Source: Hyphochytrium catenoides (Eukaryota; Protista; Hyphochytriomycota). Taken from it: a stretch of DNA of 64,000 nucleotides. A program made the translations under genes and the position numbers. The notes beneath the pieces were generated by a model, which saw only the letters and a list, made by a program, of their open reading frames with translations, had not been told where the DNA came from and made no database searches. Of this stretch, positions 22,962-36,246 are shown one piece after another; the stretch's first letter is position 1, and every line of letters starts with the position of its first letter. The stretch is taken from contig FLMG01001546.1 of the NCBI GenBank assembly GCA_900088475.1, forward strand, positions 86,104 to 150,103, read 5' to 3'.

Positions 22962-23556
22962 TATGAGAGAGTTACACTTGATGACGTGAAGCGTTAGATA
23001 TAGATAGGACTCTAGAAACGGCGATAATCGTTGCAGCTGCAGAAGTCCGCAGGATTTGTTAGGTCAATGCATCTCAATACAAAAGGTTGCCCATTATAAC
23101 GTATGGGGGAGCTTTAGATCTCTCTCTGATGGGTTCATTATTCTTATCGGGTGGCTCTTCCGACGCAACAGATTAGACACAGCAATGACCAGCCGATTGA
23201 TCACGGGACTATGACTGCTGGCAATACTTAGTTCTACAGCGCGATCTATGAAGCTGCAGTTCTGGTGGTGGCAAGCTGATGTGCTGAGTATGCTTGACTA
23301 CTTCTGCCCGCTCAGCTTGCTGTCTTCATTTACAAGGGCAATCGGGGGCAAATTCATCTTGAAGGGAATCAGAGGCAAACACCTTGAAGAGGTCATCATC
23401 TAAAGAGCCGTCTTGGCGCAAGGGAAGACATGCAAGTTTACGTGTGATGGAGTGATGCGGGAGCGAGTGACAAGAGAAATGAGCTGAATGAGAAATGCCA
23501 GTCCAGATATGTCCACCTATCTAAGTATAGATGGCTCAAGGCGAATGTTCACATCA

Positions 23557-23628
23557 GCATTCGTGGTCTAATGGTTAGGATTCTTCCCTTCCAAGGAAGC
23601 GGTCCGGGTTCGATTCCCGGCGAATGCA
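23557..23628 (+). tRNA. tRNA-Gly(TCC), copy 1
   Basis: Acceptor stem GCATTCG/CGAATGC plus discriminator A. Anticodon stem CTTCC/GGAAG with loop CT-TCC-AA. T arm CCGGG-TTCGATT-CCCGG. Followed by a TTTTT Pol III terminator. Confidence 0.97.
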
Positions 23629-23716
23629 AATTTTTCCAATTTTGTGAGTGGTGGAATTCTGCAAGGTAAGAGAAAGAGATATATATCAGGAATTGGTCAG
23701 AGCTATCATGGAGTGA

Positions 23717-23788
23717 GCATTCGTGGTCTAATGGTTAGGATTCTTCCCTTCCAAGGAAGCGGTCCGGGTTCGATTCCCGGCGAATGCA
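23717..23788 (+). tRNA. tRNA-Gly(TCC), copy 2
   Basis: Identical 72-nt cloverleaf, with TTTTT just downstream. Confidence 0.97.
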
Positions 23789-23893
23789 GATATTTTTGCA
23801 GGTCAATAGTTGGTACTCGTACGAGTAGCTCTCAAGATTCCGTGAGAGATTCAGGGGTTATATTTTGTTGAAAAGATGCTAATTACACGCAAA

Positions 23894-23965
23894 GCATTCG
23901 TGGTCTAATGGTTAGGATTCTTCCCTTCCAAGGAAGCGGTCCGGGTTCGATTCCCGGCGAATGCA
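23894..23965 (+). tRNA. tRNA-Gly(TCC), copy 3
   Basis: Identical 72-nt cloverleaf, with TTTTT just downstream. Confidence 0.97.
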
Positions 23966-24325
23966 ATTACTTTTTGCTGCAAGAGGGGGTGGCAATCTAG
24001 GAAGTTTCCAGCTTTACGTACAGTGGAGTGGAGTATTGTACGAAGTAGTAGTTGTACTTTAGGGGTGCTTTTCCTTCCCGCCAAATTTCAGATCACTAGC
24101 GCGCCAACATATGTAGGACCTCGCCAACCTCTCCAACCAAAGCCTTTGGAGTACGCTACCAACAGTACAGATCTCCATGTGCTGAAGACCGCTTCCTCCC
24201 AGGAAGTCTGTTGATGATATGTCCTTGACGGTCTCAGCCATTTTCTTTTCTTCCCAATCCATGCCCTTTGACGGCATGGGAGCTCAACCTTGACACTCCT
24301 CATTGGTTAGCTGACGAACCGAGAC

Positions 24326-27300
24326 ATGATGAAGAGGGGCCCATCTCGATACCAGCAACAGCAGAAGAAAGGGAACTGGTCCAGTTCTGGCCAGGGATCC
24401 CTCCTCAATAGTAGTGGGCGGCGGCAAACAGAGGCTCGACGTCGGAGCCAGCAGGAAGATGACATCATTGACTCAAAATATGGCTTCGAAAGATTCCGTG
24501 AAGGTAAAACCATTGGTGCTCCTTGGAGGTTTATAGGTCGCTCATGTAGTACCTTTATAGGACCCCCTCGATTAGGATGGCTTCTCAACATGCTTCCTAT
24601 GACGCTGGAAGATAGCGATGGTCGAGAGGTTAGCGCTATAGAACTATTTTTTTTGGAGCAGAGCGGTGATACGTTTAAGGCAGCGGTGGCCTACGCTCCG
24701 TACTTCTACGTCCAAGTGCCGGAGCAGTTCGCCAAAGATGCTGCCACTCTTTTTCTGCGCCGGTTCATTACCTCCGTTGCCTCTGTTACCGTTTGTTTGA
24801 AGGAGGACCTGGACATGTCAAACCACCTCTCCGGGAAGAAAGGAGTTTTTCTAAAATTTTCCTTTTGGACCGTTGCTGATCTCATGGAAGTCAGATCTGC
24901 CATTTTTCCGTCTGTCAAGAAGAACAGGGAGAGGCTTGCCGCAAATGAAGCCTACCATGGAGTTACTACGACGGAGTTGCCAGACGACATCCTCGATCTC
25001 ATCCAGGATATCAGAGAGTATGACGTTCCTTATTATGTTCGAGTCTCAATCGATCTCGACATTCGAGTCGGGGCATGGTATGAGGTCACGGCAGTGGCAG
25101 GCAAAGTCAAGGTCGAAAGGCAGGTGGACATGGTAGAAAAGGCAGAACCACGTGTCCTTGCTTGGGATATTGAATGTACCAAAGCCCCACTAAAGTTTCC
25201 CGATGCATCGGTAGACCAGATCTTCATGATTTCCTATATGTGCGACGGCCAGGGGTACCTCATTATCAATCGTGAGATTGTATCTGAGGACATTGAGGAC
25301 TTTGAGTACACTCCAAAGCCAGATTACCCCGGACCGTTCACTATCTTCAACGAAGCTGATGAATATCACCTCTTGCGGCGATTCTACGAGCACATACTGG
25401 AAATCAAGCCACACATATTTGTCACCTATAACGGTGACTACTTTGACTGGCCCTTCGTGGAGACCCGTTCCAAAGTTCATGGTATAAACATGCAGAAGGA
25501 GCTTGGCGTACGGGCTGAGACATCCAACGGTTCCGTGGAATACCGCGGCAGGTCCTGTGTTCATCTAGATTGCTTTTATTGGGTCAAGCGAGACAGCTAT
25601 TTACCGCAAGGATCACAAGGTCTGAAAGCGGTGACAAAGTACAAACTCGGTTATGATCCTGTGGAAGTTGACCCGGAAGACATGGTAAAACTGGCTGTAG
25701 AGAATCCTACTCATATGGCTTCATACTCAGTGTCAGACGCTGTGGCCACCTACTACCTCTACGAGAAGTATGTGAACTTATTCGTTTTCTCACTGTGCAC
25801 CATTATTCCCATGGGATCTGAAGATGTCTTGCGAAAGGGCTCAGGCACCCTATGTGAGGCTCTCTTGATGGTAGAAGCCTTCAAGGGCAATATCATTTGC
25901 CCTAACAAGAAGCAGTCCGAGCAAGTCAAGTTTCATGATGGACACTTGTTGGATTCCGAAACATACATTGGGGGGCATGTCGAATGTCTTGAGACAGGGG
26001 TCTATCGATCAGATATTCCCGAGAAGTTCAAGCTAGTACCGGCTGCCTTTGACCAGTTAATTCGCAACATCGATGGTGACCTATCTTTCGCCATTGAGGT
26101 GGAAGCAGGGATCGACAGATCCACTATTACAAATTATGACGAGGTGCGCGCGCAAATCATCGAGAAGTTGGAGCTTCTTCGAGATACCCCGAATCGTGAA
26201 GAGCACCCTGTGATCTACCATCTGGATGTGGGCGCAATGTACCCTAATATTATTCTGACAAACCGGCTTCAGCCGTGCTCTATTGTCAACGAGACGATCT
26301 GTGCCTCGTGCGACCACAATAAGCCAGATAACAGGTGAGGTCTACAGCATTGGTACTGCAATGTCTGTTCGCCGGGTCCCCTAGCTAATCACTCCTAATC
26401 CGCGTTACAGGTGTCAGAGACAAATGGAATGGGTTTGGCGTGGAGATTTTGCCCCAGCGACTTTCGCAGAGTACAAGTCTGTTAGGGCTCAACTTGAAGG
26501 AGAGAGCATTGACGGTGTTCCTTTTCTTCAGCTTCCGTCAGCTGACCAAGCGAAGGAAGTGAAGAAGCGGTTGAAGGTCTGTTTCATCAATCTAAGCCCT
26601 CGTCAATCGTGCTTACCTCGTCCTTTCTTGTCTTTAGACGTACTGCACCAAAGTCTACAAGAAGGTGAAGGTTACCGAGGAAAAGAAGAGAGTGGATACC
26701 ATCTGTATGAGAGAGAATCCTTTCTACGTCAATACGGTTCGAGCCTTTCGTGATCGAAGATATGACTACAAAATATTGACCAAAAAATGGGCGAAACAAA
26801 AGGCGGCAGCCGAGAAAGCTGGAGACCCCCTCAGCGTTGTAGACGCGCGAGACAAGATGCTAGTCTATGACTCTCTGCAGCTTGCGCACAAATGCATTCT
26901 AAACTCCTTCTATGGCTACGTGATGCGGAAAGGTGCTCGATGGCACTCTATGGAAATGGCTGGTATTGTTACAAACACCGGAGCAGAGCTGATCATGGGA
27001 GCCAGACAGGTAGTGATTGCAATCGACCTCGTTGCGTTCATCGCACTGGCCAGCTAATCTCCTGACCAATGCAATTGTCTAGCTGGTAGAACAGATTGGC
27101 CGGCCGCTAGAGCTGGACACGGATGGTATATGGTGCATATTGCCTGCCAGCTTTCCTGAAAATTTCTCTTTCACAACTCTAGATGGCAGTAAGGTCAACA
27201 TATCATATCCGTGTGTGATGCTGAATGCGGCAGTGCATGAGAACTATTCAAATCACCAGTACCAGGTACTCTGCCACCAGCGAAGCGCCAGTGTTTACGA

Positions 27301-30300
27301 CAACTCTGTCTACCTATTAGGTGAGCTAAGCTTCCCGGTATGCCTTTCCCTAGGACCTAGTTGACGGCACGTACAAGACAAGAAGCGAGTGCTCCATCTT
27401 TTTCGAGGTGAGAACTTGGGCCATGCGATGTGCCACGCAAACATCTTATGAAAATAATTGAAAGGTGGACGGCCCATATCGCTGTATGGTTCTCCCAGCT
27501 TCAACCGAAGAGGGGCGGCTGTTGAAGAAGCGCTATGCTGTCTTCAATTTTGATGGATCTCTTGCAGAGCTGAAAGGTTTTGAGCTGAAACGAAGGGGGG
27601 AGCTGCAGCTGATAAAAATCTTCCAGTCCCATGTCTTTGAGCAGTTCCTCAAGGTAAGCACCTCCAAGGCTTGCCATTCCTTCCTCTTGGCACCGTTGTT
27701 CTCATTTCTGTTCATCATATTGGCCAGGGAGACACTCTGCAGGCATGTTATGCCGCCGTGGCTCAGTCCGCCAACCATTGGCTTGATATCCTGGAGACGA
27801 AAGGAAAGGATCTTAGTGATGAGGAGCTGCTTGATCTTATCTCTGAAAACAGGTTAGTTCGCTTTTTTTACATTCTTGTCGAAAACACGGGTCAGCGTTC
27901 TGAATCTCCCAAGGGTGGTGCAGGACGATGACTCGATCTTTGGACGATTACGGAGAACAGAAGTCTACTTCAATCAAGACGGCGAAAAGGCTGGCAGAGT
28001 TCTTGGGCGATGACATGGTCAAGGATAAGGGTTTGAACTGCAAGCTCGTTATTGCCAACAGGCCGGCTGGTGCCCCAGTGACGGAAAGGGCGATCCCAAC
28101 CGCCATCTTTGCTGCGGAAGTTTCTGTCCGCAAACACTATCTCAGAAAGTGGTTAAATGACCCCGGTAGGTTGGTAGTTTGCAAATTAGAGAGTGAAAGG
28201 CCTTAGATCTTCTGACATAGTAACTTCTGCCCAATCCATTTCTCTGTGCATCTTAATACTACGTCGTTGAAGTTTAGCGAGACCTTTCATATTCCTTGAC
28301 TTATTTAGCTTGTCCTCGTCCTCCGCTATTACTCTTTGCTGCTGCCAGGAATGAGTGACTTCGATATCCGGGCAATTCTCGACTGGGAATACTATCGAAA
28401 CCGCTTAAATAGCTGCATCCAAAAAATCATTACCATCCCGGCTGCTCTTCAGATGGTCGACAACCCTGTGCCGAGAGTGCAACATCCTGACTGGCTCGCA
28501 AGAACCGTCAAGGCAAAATCTTCTTCCTTCAAACAAAAGACCATGCACCAAATGTTTGCTCCCATGACGGCAGATGAGCGTCAGAAGACCCTTAACGGGA
28601 TAGCAGGTTCTCTTACTGGATATAACCTCTGCGCAGCCAGTCTGGTCGAGAACAGATGCATCATGGATTTATGTACTCTTCTTTTGTACCTGTTCTGATT
28701 TACCCTCTTCAGATGCCCTCTGCTTCCCCTTCAATCTCTCTCTTACCATTGCTTTCTCCTTCGTATCCTGCCCACTTCTTACTAGACTCAGGTTATGCTA
28801 TAATGCTCCTAGATCTTCTGCGTGAGTTGTATCACATGTGCACTAACGCTGTCTTCATACCATCAGATATGGAGGACTTTGGCACTAGTCACGTAGGCCG
28901 GAAGAAAGTCCCCACTGTCCATCGACAAAGATTCATAGTAAGTGGGAAGGAGAACGATACTGGAGCTGCTAACTTGGAAAAAGAGATGCAGCAAAATGGT
29001 GACGGCACTCAAGAGTTGGCAGAGAGGCTCCAGTCCACTTTTATTGGTCCCAGGAGGGAGGAAGACTATACCAAGTGGCTTCAGGTTAGAAAGCAGCAGT
29101 GGAAGGAGCAGAGAAACAGAAGGAAAAGGCGCAGACAAGAGCCTCTTAACCCAGATAATACAGGCCATGATGCTGTCCAAAGCCCTAGCAAGGTAAGGTA
29201 CTGTTGGCGATCAAGTCGCTCCATGTTACTCGGAGTGGTGTAACCTCCGACATAGCTTGGGCCTCTTAACGTGGCCTAGATCTGGACGGCTTCCGCAATG
29301 CTTGTGTGACAGAAACGAGTTCTTAGGAGTTTCGACACGGAAGTAATTTACCTCCAAGCATTTTAACATCACGTGCATGCTAGGACATGATGGGCTTCTT
29401 GCAAAACGCCTCCCGTTCTCTAGTGCAGCGATACTGGCAGGTGCTTGAGATCCAACCGCTGGATAATCCTGGGACTTTCCAGCTGTGGGTCTTGACCGAG
29501 CCTGGGAAGCTACAGAGTGTGACCGTGACGGTGCAGCGGACGTTCTACGTAAACAGCATAACGTCTCAGGATAGCTCCTTTGGCAAACCTCTCCGCAAGC
29601 TTTTACCCCGAGGACGACTGCCCATGCATTTGTATGAAATATCAATGAGTGAGACCGCTTTCCAGAAAAATAAGAAGTATTTGTCCGACATCGTAGCTGA
29701 TCCCGAAATCGAAGGTGGGTGACCGCAAAGAAGATTGCAGATTTAGAACAGAGGTGGAAGCAACACTGAGCAGCGACGGGGAGGGATGTGCACTTTTCTT
29801 TGGAAAAGGAGAACCTGATCAGGTTTTGCAGGGGGGCTTTGTACTTCATATTGCTTCCAACGTTAACCCGCTTATGTTCGCTGAAGGTGTTTATGAGCTC
29901 CAGACCCCACTCCATTTCCGTGCCGTCGAGAATATTGGCTGTGTGGCAGCTGTCAATGCTGCGAGGAGAAGCAGACCCATCACCTCAAAGGACCCCCTTC
30001 GTATCACTGAACTAGAATACCTCACAGCTGATGAGGGACAATATCAGTATTTAAGCCAGGTACGATTTCAATCTGCCGACAATTTCTATCTCCATGCCAG
30101 AGTCGGGGTTAAGCACTTACACTTGAGAGTGCAAGCCTTCTCCCTCTAAGATTTCTACTCTTTGCAGAATTCTGCTTCTATGCGGCAGATCTTTTTATAC
30201 TTTGCATCCACGGACGATAGGGCCGTCTTTGGCCTCTTTTTCCTGGAAAAGACCAATGGAGAGATAGAAGAGCTTTGGAAAGAGGGCGTGTCAGAAAACA

Positions 30301-33300
30301 GTTTGGTACCGGTCGAGGCGACAGCCCACGTCTGGGTCGCTGACCCTTATAGGGCAGTCGACCAGATACCCAACCTTAATAGGCTGTTCGAGAAAACCGA
30401 GAAACCTGAAAAAAGTGCGTGCACTTTCAAGACGACTTCCGTTCCTGGCATTATGGAGGGGTTTAATGCAGTTAGCACTGCGCTGGCGGAGTATCTGAGT
30501 CAAAAGCATGGCCCGACCATGGTTCAGTGTTTCAGGTAACCTCCTCCTAAGAAAGTTTATAGCGGAGGGACTCTTGAAGACCTCGTTGGAGCAACAACAA
30601 AGTCACAAGTACTCATCATGGCGCTTGCTGTTGTTCCTCCCTGATGGCCCATTTCTTACCCATTGTCTCTCGCTTGACCTATGTGCCGTTTACTGTCAAG
30701 CCCTATGACCAACAAGAATCTACGAAGACTTATCCCAGCCCTTACCGGTTTTCCAGTTGCTACGCTGTATTGGGCCAATGAGGACAATCAGTTCCCTCCG
30801 TTGCAGTGGCAGACCTTTGCGGCCCAACGGATGATCGAGCGCTTCCTTCAATCAGCAGAGTGGTGGATGAATCTCCTCCATTGTGCTCGGTACTCTAATA
30901 TTCCTGTGGGCAACATTGGACAAGATATGGCCATATCGATGGCGGATGTCTTCTTGGCGAGGTTTCTGCACAAGAATAATCATATTGTATGGGCTTCTCC
31001 GTCGACTAAACCCGATCTGGGAGGACATGAAGGAGATGACAACGACGCCTTCGTAGAAGATCATGAGAATGTCAGGTAAGTTCAATAGACGACCTCGGGC
31101 AGATGCACTTAGGGTTGATAGCCATGCCATAGCCAGAAAGCAGAGAGAGAGAGAGAAAGAACTGCTGTCTGAAGCGAGTGTAGAATCCCGGTAATCGATA
31201 CCGTAGATCTGCAGAAATGACGATGCGTTTCCATCCTCAGGAAAAGTTAGGGCTGACACATGATGACTTTGGCAGGGTATGTGAACCGGGCAACTATATG
31301 TCCTACTGTGTGGAACTGAACATAGAAAGCCTAGCAGTCAACACTTTGATCAATAGTTCATTTATCCACGAGATTGAAGGTGCCGAGGACTTCGCAGAAC
31401 TGGAAGTGGACAATATCCAGGATTGGGAAATGGACAGGGAAGCCACAGGGTCGGCAATACTATCAAAGCTCAGTTCACAGGCAGATGATTCGTCATGTTC
31501 AAGGACATTTCGTTTGCTAAAGAAGCTCGTAGAGCAGTGGTTTAGAGACGTCACCAGAGCCCAAAACCATATTGCGGACCATTTGCTTCAGGTAAACTTT
31601 TTGATATAAGCTGACAGTAGACAGTAGAGACCTGATGGCCAAAGAGAAATGTTGCTTCATGTGAAGGAAACAGCAAGCAGCAAAAGGAGAGAATGGTTTG
31701 AAAAGGATCGGGACTAGACACTGAGAACGATAATGTCTGATATTGCATATTCTTCCGGTTAGGAGTTAATTGGGCAACGCTCTTAAGAGTTTAGCTAACT
31801 CTACCGTGTACAGAACTTTTACCGTTGGCTGTACTCATCCACCTCGTTGCTCCACGAGCCAGTATTGCATCGGTTGGTGCATCGATTGATGAAGAAGGTG
31901 TTTATGCAGCTGCTCTCGGAATTCCGACGGCTGGGCGCTTTAATAGTCCAGGGCTCCTTCAGTAGAATCATATTATGTACACAGAAGACTTCCGCCACTG
32001 CGGCGGCCGATTACATTAGGTAAGACTCAAATTGAGAAGGGCTCGACCTTACCATATCTGGTGGCTCAATTTTGCGACTGGATGCCTCTTGAGGCGTCCT
32101 TTTTGGACGCTGCCTCTACGATCATGACGTCCAATCTCCTTGCTTTTCTGCTTGTTAAGCTCTTCCAATCCAATGCGCCCAGCTTACACGCGCTATCCCC
32201 ACCTATCGATACACACTCCCTCAACAACACCCTGTAGGGTGTACTCAGTACTGACATCTCTATCTGTAGCTTCATCTGCAACACCATTACGTCAAGACCG
32301 CTATTCAGCTGCCTCAAGCTGACTCCAAATGTTATGTGGGAGAATCTCCTCCTCCTCGATGAGGAGAACTTTGGAGGAGTTCCTGTCTCAATCTCTCCAT
32401 CGCTGGAGGAGGCTAGCAAAACGCTGGGTCAGCCTGTTGAGATAGTGTCGCATTGGAACGTTGCAGAATATCTCCCTGAGGCAGTTCGAGAGTATTTCCG
32501 CACGACGGTGGCACAGTTTATTAGGGGTAACGTTGAATATAGGTAAGAGAAGCGCCTCGCGTAGGACTACGAAGATGGAGCTGATCCTCATAGGTTCTAA
32601 TTCCTTATTACCTCCGTTCTCAGGCGAAGACTCGTGGCTACAGAAGATTCAGCGAAGCAGCGTTGTACGTTAACTCAATTTGGATGCTCATACTCTGACC
32701 TCTGTCGTCTGGTGATCTTTCCGTGATTTTGCATGCTTTATGTCGACACTGGGTTGAGGCTCGCTCTCTTTGTCCACTTTCATCTTTCTTCTGTTCATTT
32801 TAAGAGACTAATTACACCTTACTCCTAGCCGAGTTCCTGTCTGAAAAGCAAGCGGAGCATATGCGGAAGCGTATCGAGAACTTCTTCACTAATAAACTTC
32901 TGGATCTTATTCCCGAGGTCTACAAGCTTGTTCGCTTTGGTGACTGAAAAGTCTAGATCGTGACCGAATATTCCCATTCACTCGTGCCCGTCCCTTGTTG
33001 CGCTTGCCCTACTCGTGACAGCTCGCTATAATCAAGTTGGATGAGGACCATGCACCGGCGGTTGGGAAGAAGCAGAGCTCCAATTGCGGATTGGAGCTCA
33101 CGAAGTATCTGTGCAGAGTTTTCAGGCTCGAGCCAGCCATAGAGTTCCAAGTGCTTAAGCTCAAAAAGACTCTTCTCCGACAGCTAAACGTGAAAGAGTT
33201 CTCTGAGGTGGGCGTTCTGTCGGTCATCTAGATTCCATTTCACTCGAATCCGTATGAATGCTTCTAGTGCGCGCTCTTTCGCCTGGTAAATTTACCCTTA

Positions 33301-33855
33301 ACCTGTCATTCGCTCATCGAGGTCCTTTCTCATTATTACCTTCCCTTTCATTCAATCTTACATGATGTGCCGTATGCCCCCACTTGCTGTTTGGTGTTGG
33401 CCTAACAGGAGTCCAAGTGGCACAATCCTGCCCAAAGCTTTATTCTTTCCGATGTCATTTGCACATACTGCAATCATTGCAGAGATATCGATCTGTGCAG
33501 GGACCCCGAGCTTATGGAGGCGGCACCCGAGACCGATGGACCTTTAAGCTTCTGGAAGTGTTCCGAGTGCCACTCTGCCTATGACAAGGAGGCGATGGAA
33601 TTTCGTCTAGTGGAGATGCTCGAGAGACGGACTGTCAAATTTCAGCTGCAAGACCTGGTCTGCAAAAAGTGTGGACTTCCCCAGGCAGATACCATGACAG
33701 AATACTGTCAGTGTGCCGGCCGCTTCGACGCAATGATGCAGCCGGATCTTATGTATAAAGCCCTCGACACTCTTAAGGGTATAGCGCAATACCACGATTT
33801 CAGATTGCTGCTAGAAACTGTAGAGTGGTTTGCGGCGGCAGAAAGCAGCGTCTAA
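24326..33855 (+). CDS. POLE: DNA polymerase epsilon catalytic subunit (multi-exon)
   Basis: Exonuclease motifs [26 protein letters not shown] and [10 protein letters not shown]. Polymerase motifs [29 protein letters not shown] and ELDTDGIWC. Cys motif CASC..C..ICMREN. C-terminal metal-binding motifs ICTYC..C..CSEC and [13 protein letters not shown]. Stop TAA at 33853-33855. Confidence 0.97.
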
Positions 33856-34171
33856 TGTGTAAATCATGATCCTTTCACCCTCTTCCGCATGCTTAAAGTA
33901 GTTCATCTAGCCTACAGAATGGCAACTGAGAACTAGAACGTCGGGACTGGCAGGGTGGTAAGCAGTACTTAGGGCAAGTCTAGGAATGGGGGTGGGAGCT
34001 ACTGGTAAACATGAGTGTTTGGGGTGCGATGGCTGTCTTAAAATCAGGTAGGGGCAAGACAGGCTAGGAGAGCAAAGAAAATCCTCACTTAGGTGATTGT
34101 TGATCCCTAGAGGAAGCGAAAGAAGTGCCATTACCGGCTCCGACTGGCCTTCTGAAAGGCTCTCTACGACC

Positions 34172-35483
34172 CTAACTCTGGGTGGTTTTCCTCCTCTTAG
34201 CCTCAGGACTGCTAGGAGCGTGAGCCGTCGCAAAGTACTTCTTCGACTTGACAGGATCGGCCACCATTGTCGCCTGGCCAGGTTTCCAGCCAGCTGGGCA
34301 GACCTCCCCATGTTTGTCAACATATTGAAAAGCCTAGAGTGAAGCCGTTAATAGAAGGAACAACGGGTCAGAGATTTGAGGCGTAAGGCATCGGCTCACA
34401 TGGACAGCTGGGAAACACAAGCGGACTCATGAAGGGGGAAGGGAAGGACAGATCCACCAAACGACACAATTCTATACTGCTAGGGGAGATGAAGGGTGAT
34501 ATACGTCGCGCTGTCAGCAACCAATGTCGTACTTACCTTTACCAATCGGAGTACTTCGTCGACATTACGGCCGACAGGAAGATCATTCACGTACTTATGT
34601 CTAATGATGCCCTTGTCATCGATAATAAAAAGTCCTCTTCACACAGAAAGAGAGACAATGTCAGAAGCCGGACTAAGCATTTAAGGGGTGCCAGCAGGCT
34701 AATCTCTTTCCACCTCGTACTGTCTGATTCTCTGCATGTTAAGTCTAGCCGCCCACCCATGCACCACATAAAGGGACAAGCAAAGAACGGCAACAAGATC
34801 AAGGAGATAGAGGACTCATCTCCATCGAGTGAGGACAGCAAGATTCAGGGGTCGCCAATACCTAAGGGCTACACCCACGTCTCCATCCTTCGGATCAGTG
34901 ATAAGAACTCCATAATCAGTGGCAATCTTTCTAGATAGGTCACTGACAAGCGGCATCCGGATACCCTTCAGACCTCCAGCACTAAGAATAAGAGAGGATT
35001 GCTGAGATTATTCTAGGAGCATCCAATCCGTAACAAATGCCCTACTTGCGCGGTGTGGACGCCCAAGCGAGGTGAGAGAACTTGGAGTCTACCGAGATGG
35101 CGAGTACCTCAGCCTTCACATCGTGGAACTCTGAAAGTCGATCACTGAAAGCGACAATCTCCGTGGGACAAACGAATGTGAAGTCTGGTACAAGGCAGAG
35201 ACGAGTGGACGAGAGGTCTCCCTATGTTAAGAATGGCACCAATGAATCCACATAAAGGTTATTCTTACCCAGAGGGTAAAACAGCAGAACGACGTATTTG
35301 CCGTTGTATTTCTGAAGCTTGATGCGCTCAAACTTTTCATTAACCACAGCATCAGCTGAATCAGAGGTGATGGTCAGCGTTACGTATAGCCACTGTCTTC
35401 GTCAAACCACAGATAAATGATATCTAGTTCTTCTTTGCGGACATACCTTCGAACTGAGGAGCCAAACCTCGAACTCTTGCCAT
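34172..35483 (-). CDS. Typical 2-Cys peroxiredoxin (Prx1/AhpC subfamily), 6 exons
   Basis: Spliced product [12 protein letters not shown]|[13 protein letters not shown]|[31 protein letters not shown]..|[28 protein letters not shown]|[42 protein letters not shown]. Confidence 0.95.
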
Positions 35484-36246
35484 GGTTGCTGACCTTTGTG
35501 GAGCTTAAGGAAGGAATCTGCCGACACTGGAACAGAAGTGTTGAGCAAGGGGAATGAACAAGGGCAGTTCAGCGTTAATAGGAGCAGCTATAGGAGCACC
35601 CAGTCGTTTCAGCTCAATAAGGATAATGAGCTCTATGGAACTGATCCAAGGGCTTCACCTGCCAGAGATCTTTGGCAAATCTTCAAATAGAAATGCTCTC
35701 TTGGCCCTTGCAAATGAATGAGCAGCGGTGGAGAACAGCGGTGGAGATGATGATTGAAGATCAGCATGAACACTGAAGACAAGAATCGTTCCTTGAGATA
35801 AATCACTGCTCTCTTGGCGTTAGCGGCTGTTCGTGCTGTAACGCCCATTTAATAGGCCGAACCAACTTCCATCTGCTCCCTCTGCATCAGCATCAATCAA
35901 AAGCACTCTCTTTTTACTGCGGTGTGCCGTGTGCCAACCATAAGCGAGTGGGCCAAGTCATTGCGCCGCACCAAGTGCATCCTTGGCTTGAGGACAGAGT
36001 CTCTAGTTCTGAGCTTGTGCCTCAAGTGCCTTGGTCCAGGGAACTACTATACAAGCTGGATTCTAACTGGACGGCGCCTTATAACACAGTCCTTTGAGGG
36101 ATAATGCTCGAGTACTGGCGTTATTGAGACGTAGCGTTTGCTATGGAAGTCGCCCGACTTAGTCTGATTGCCAGGGACGCCCCACGAGCACTTTCTATGC
36201 CGAACTATCAAGTAAGCTTTCTCTTGCTGTAGGCTCGAAATAAGCC

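Noticed and set aside
23557-23965. Identical repeats with unique spacers resembling a CRISPR array
   Set aside because: The repeat is a complete 72-nt tRNA-Gly cloverleaf with Pol III terminators. The context is eukaryotic and there are no cas genes.
24023-24303. Short ORFs between the tRNAs and POLE
   Set aside because: No motifs. The minus-strand ORFs would start only 20-50 bp from the POLE ATG, so this is more likely promoter/UTR.
33907-34938. ORFs 33907..34323 (-) and 34429..34938 (+)
   Set aside because: These are alternate-frame or antisense overlaps of peroxiredoxin exons and introns.
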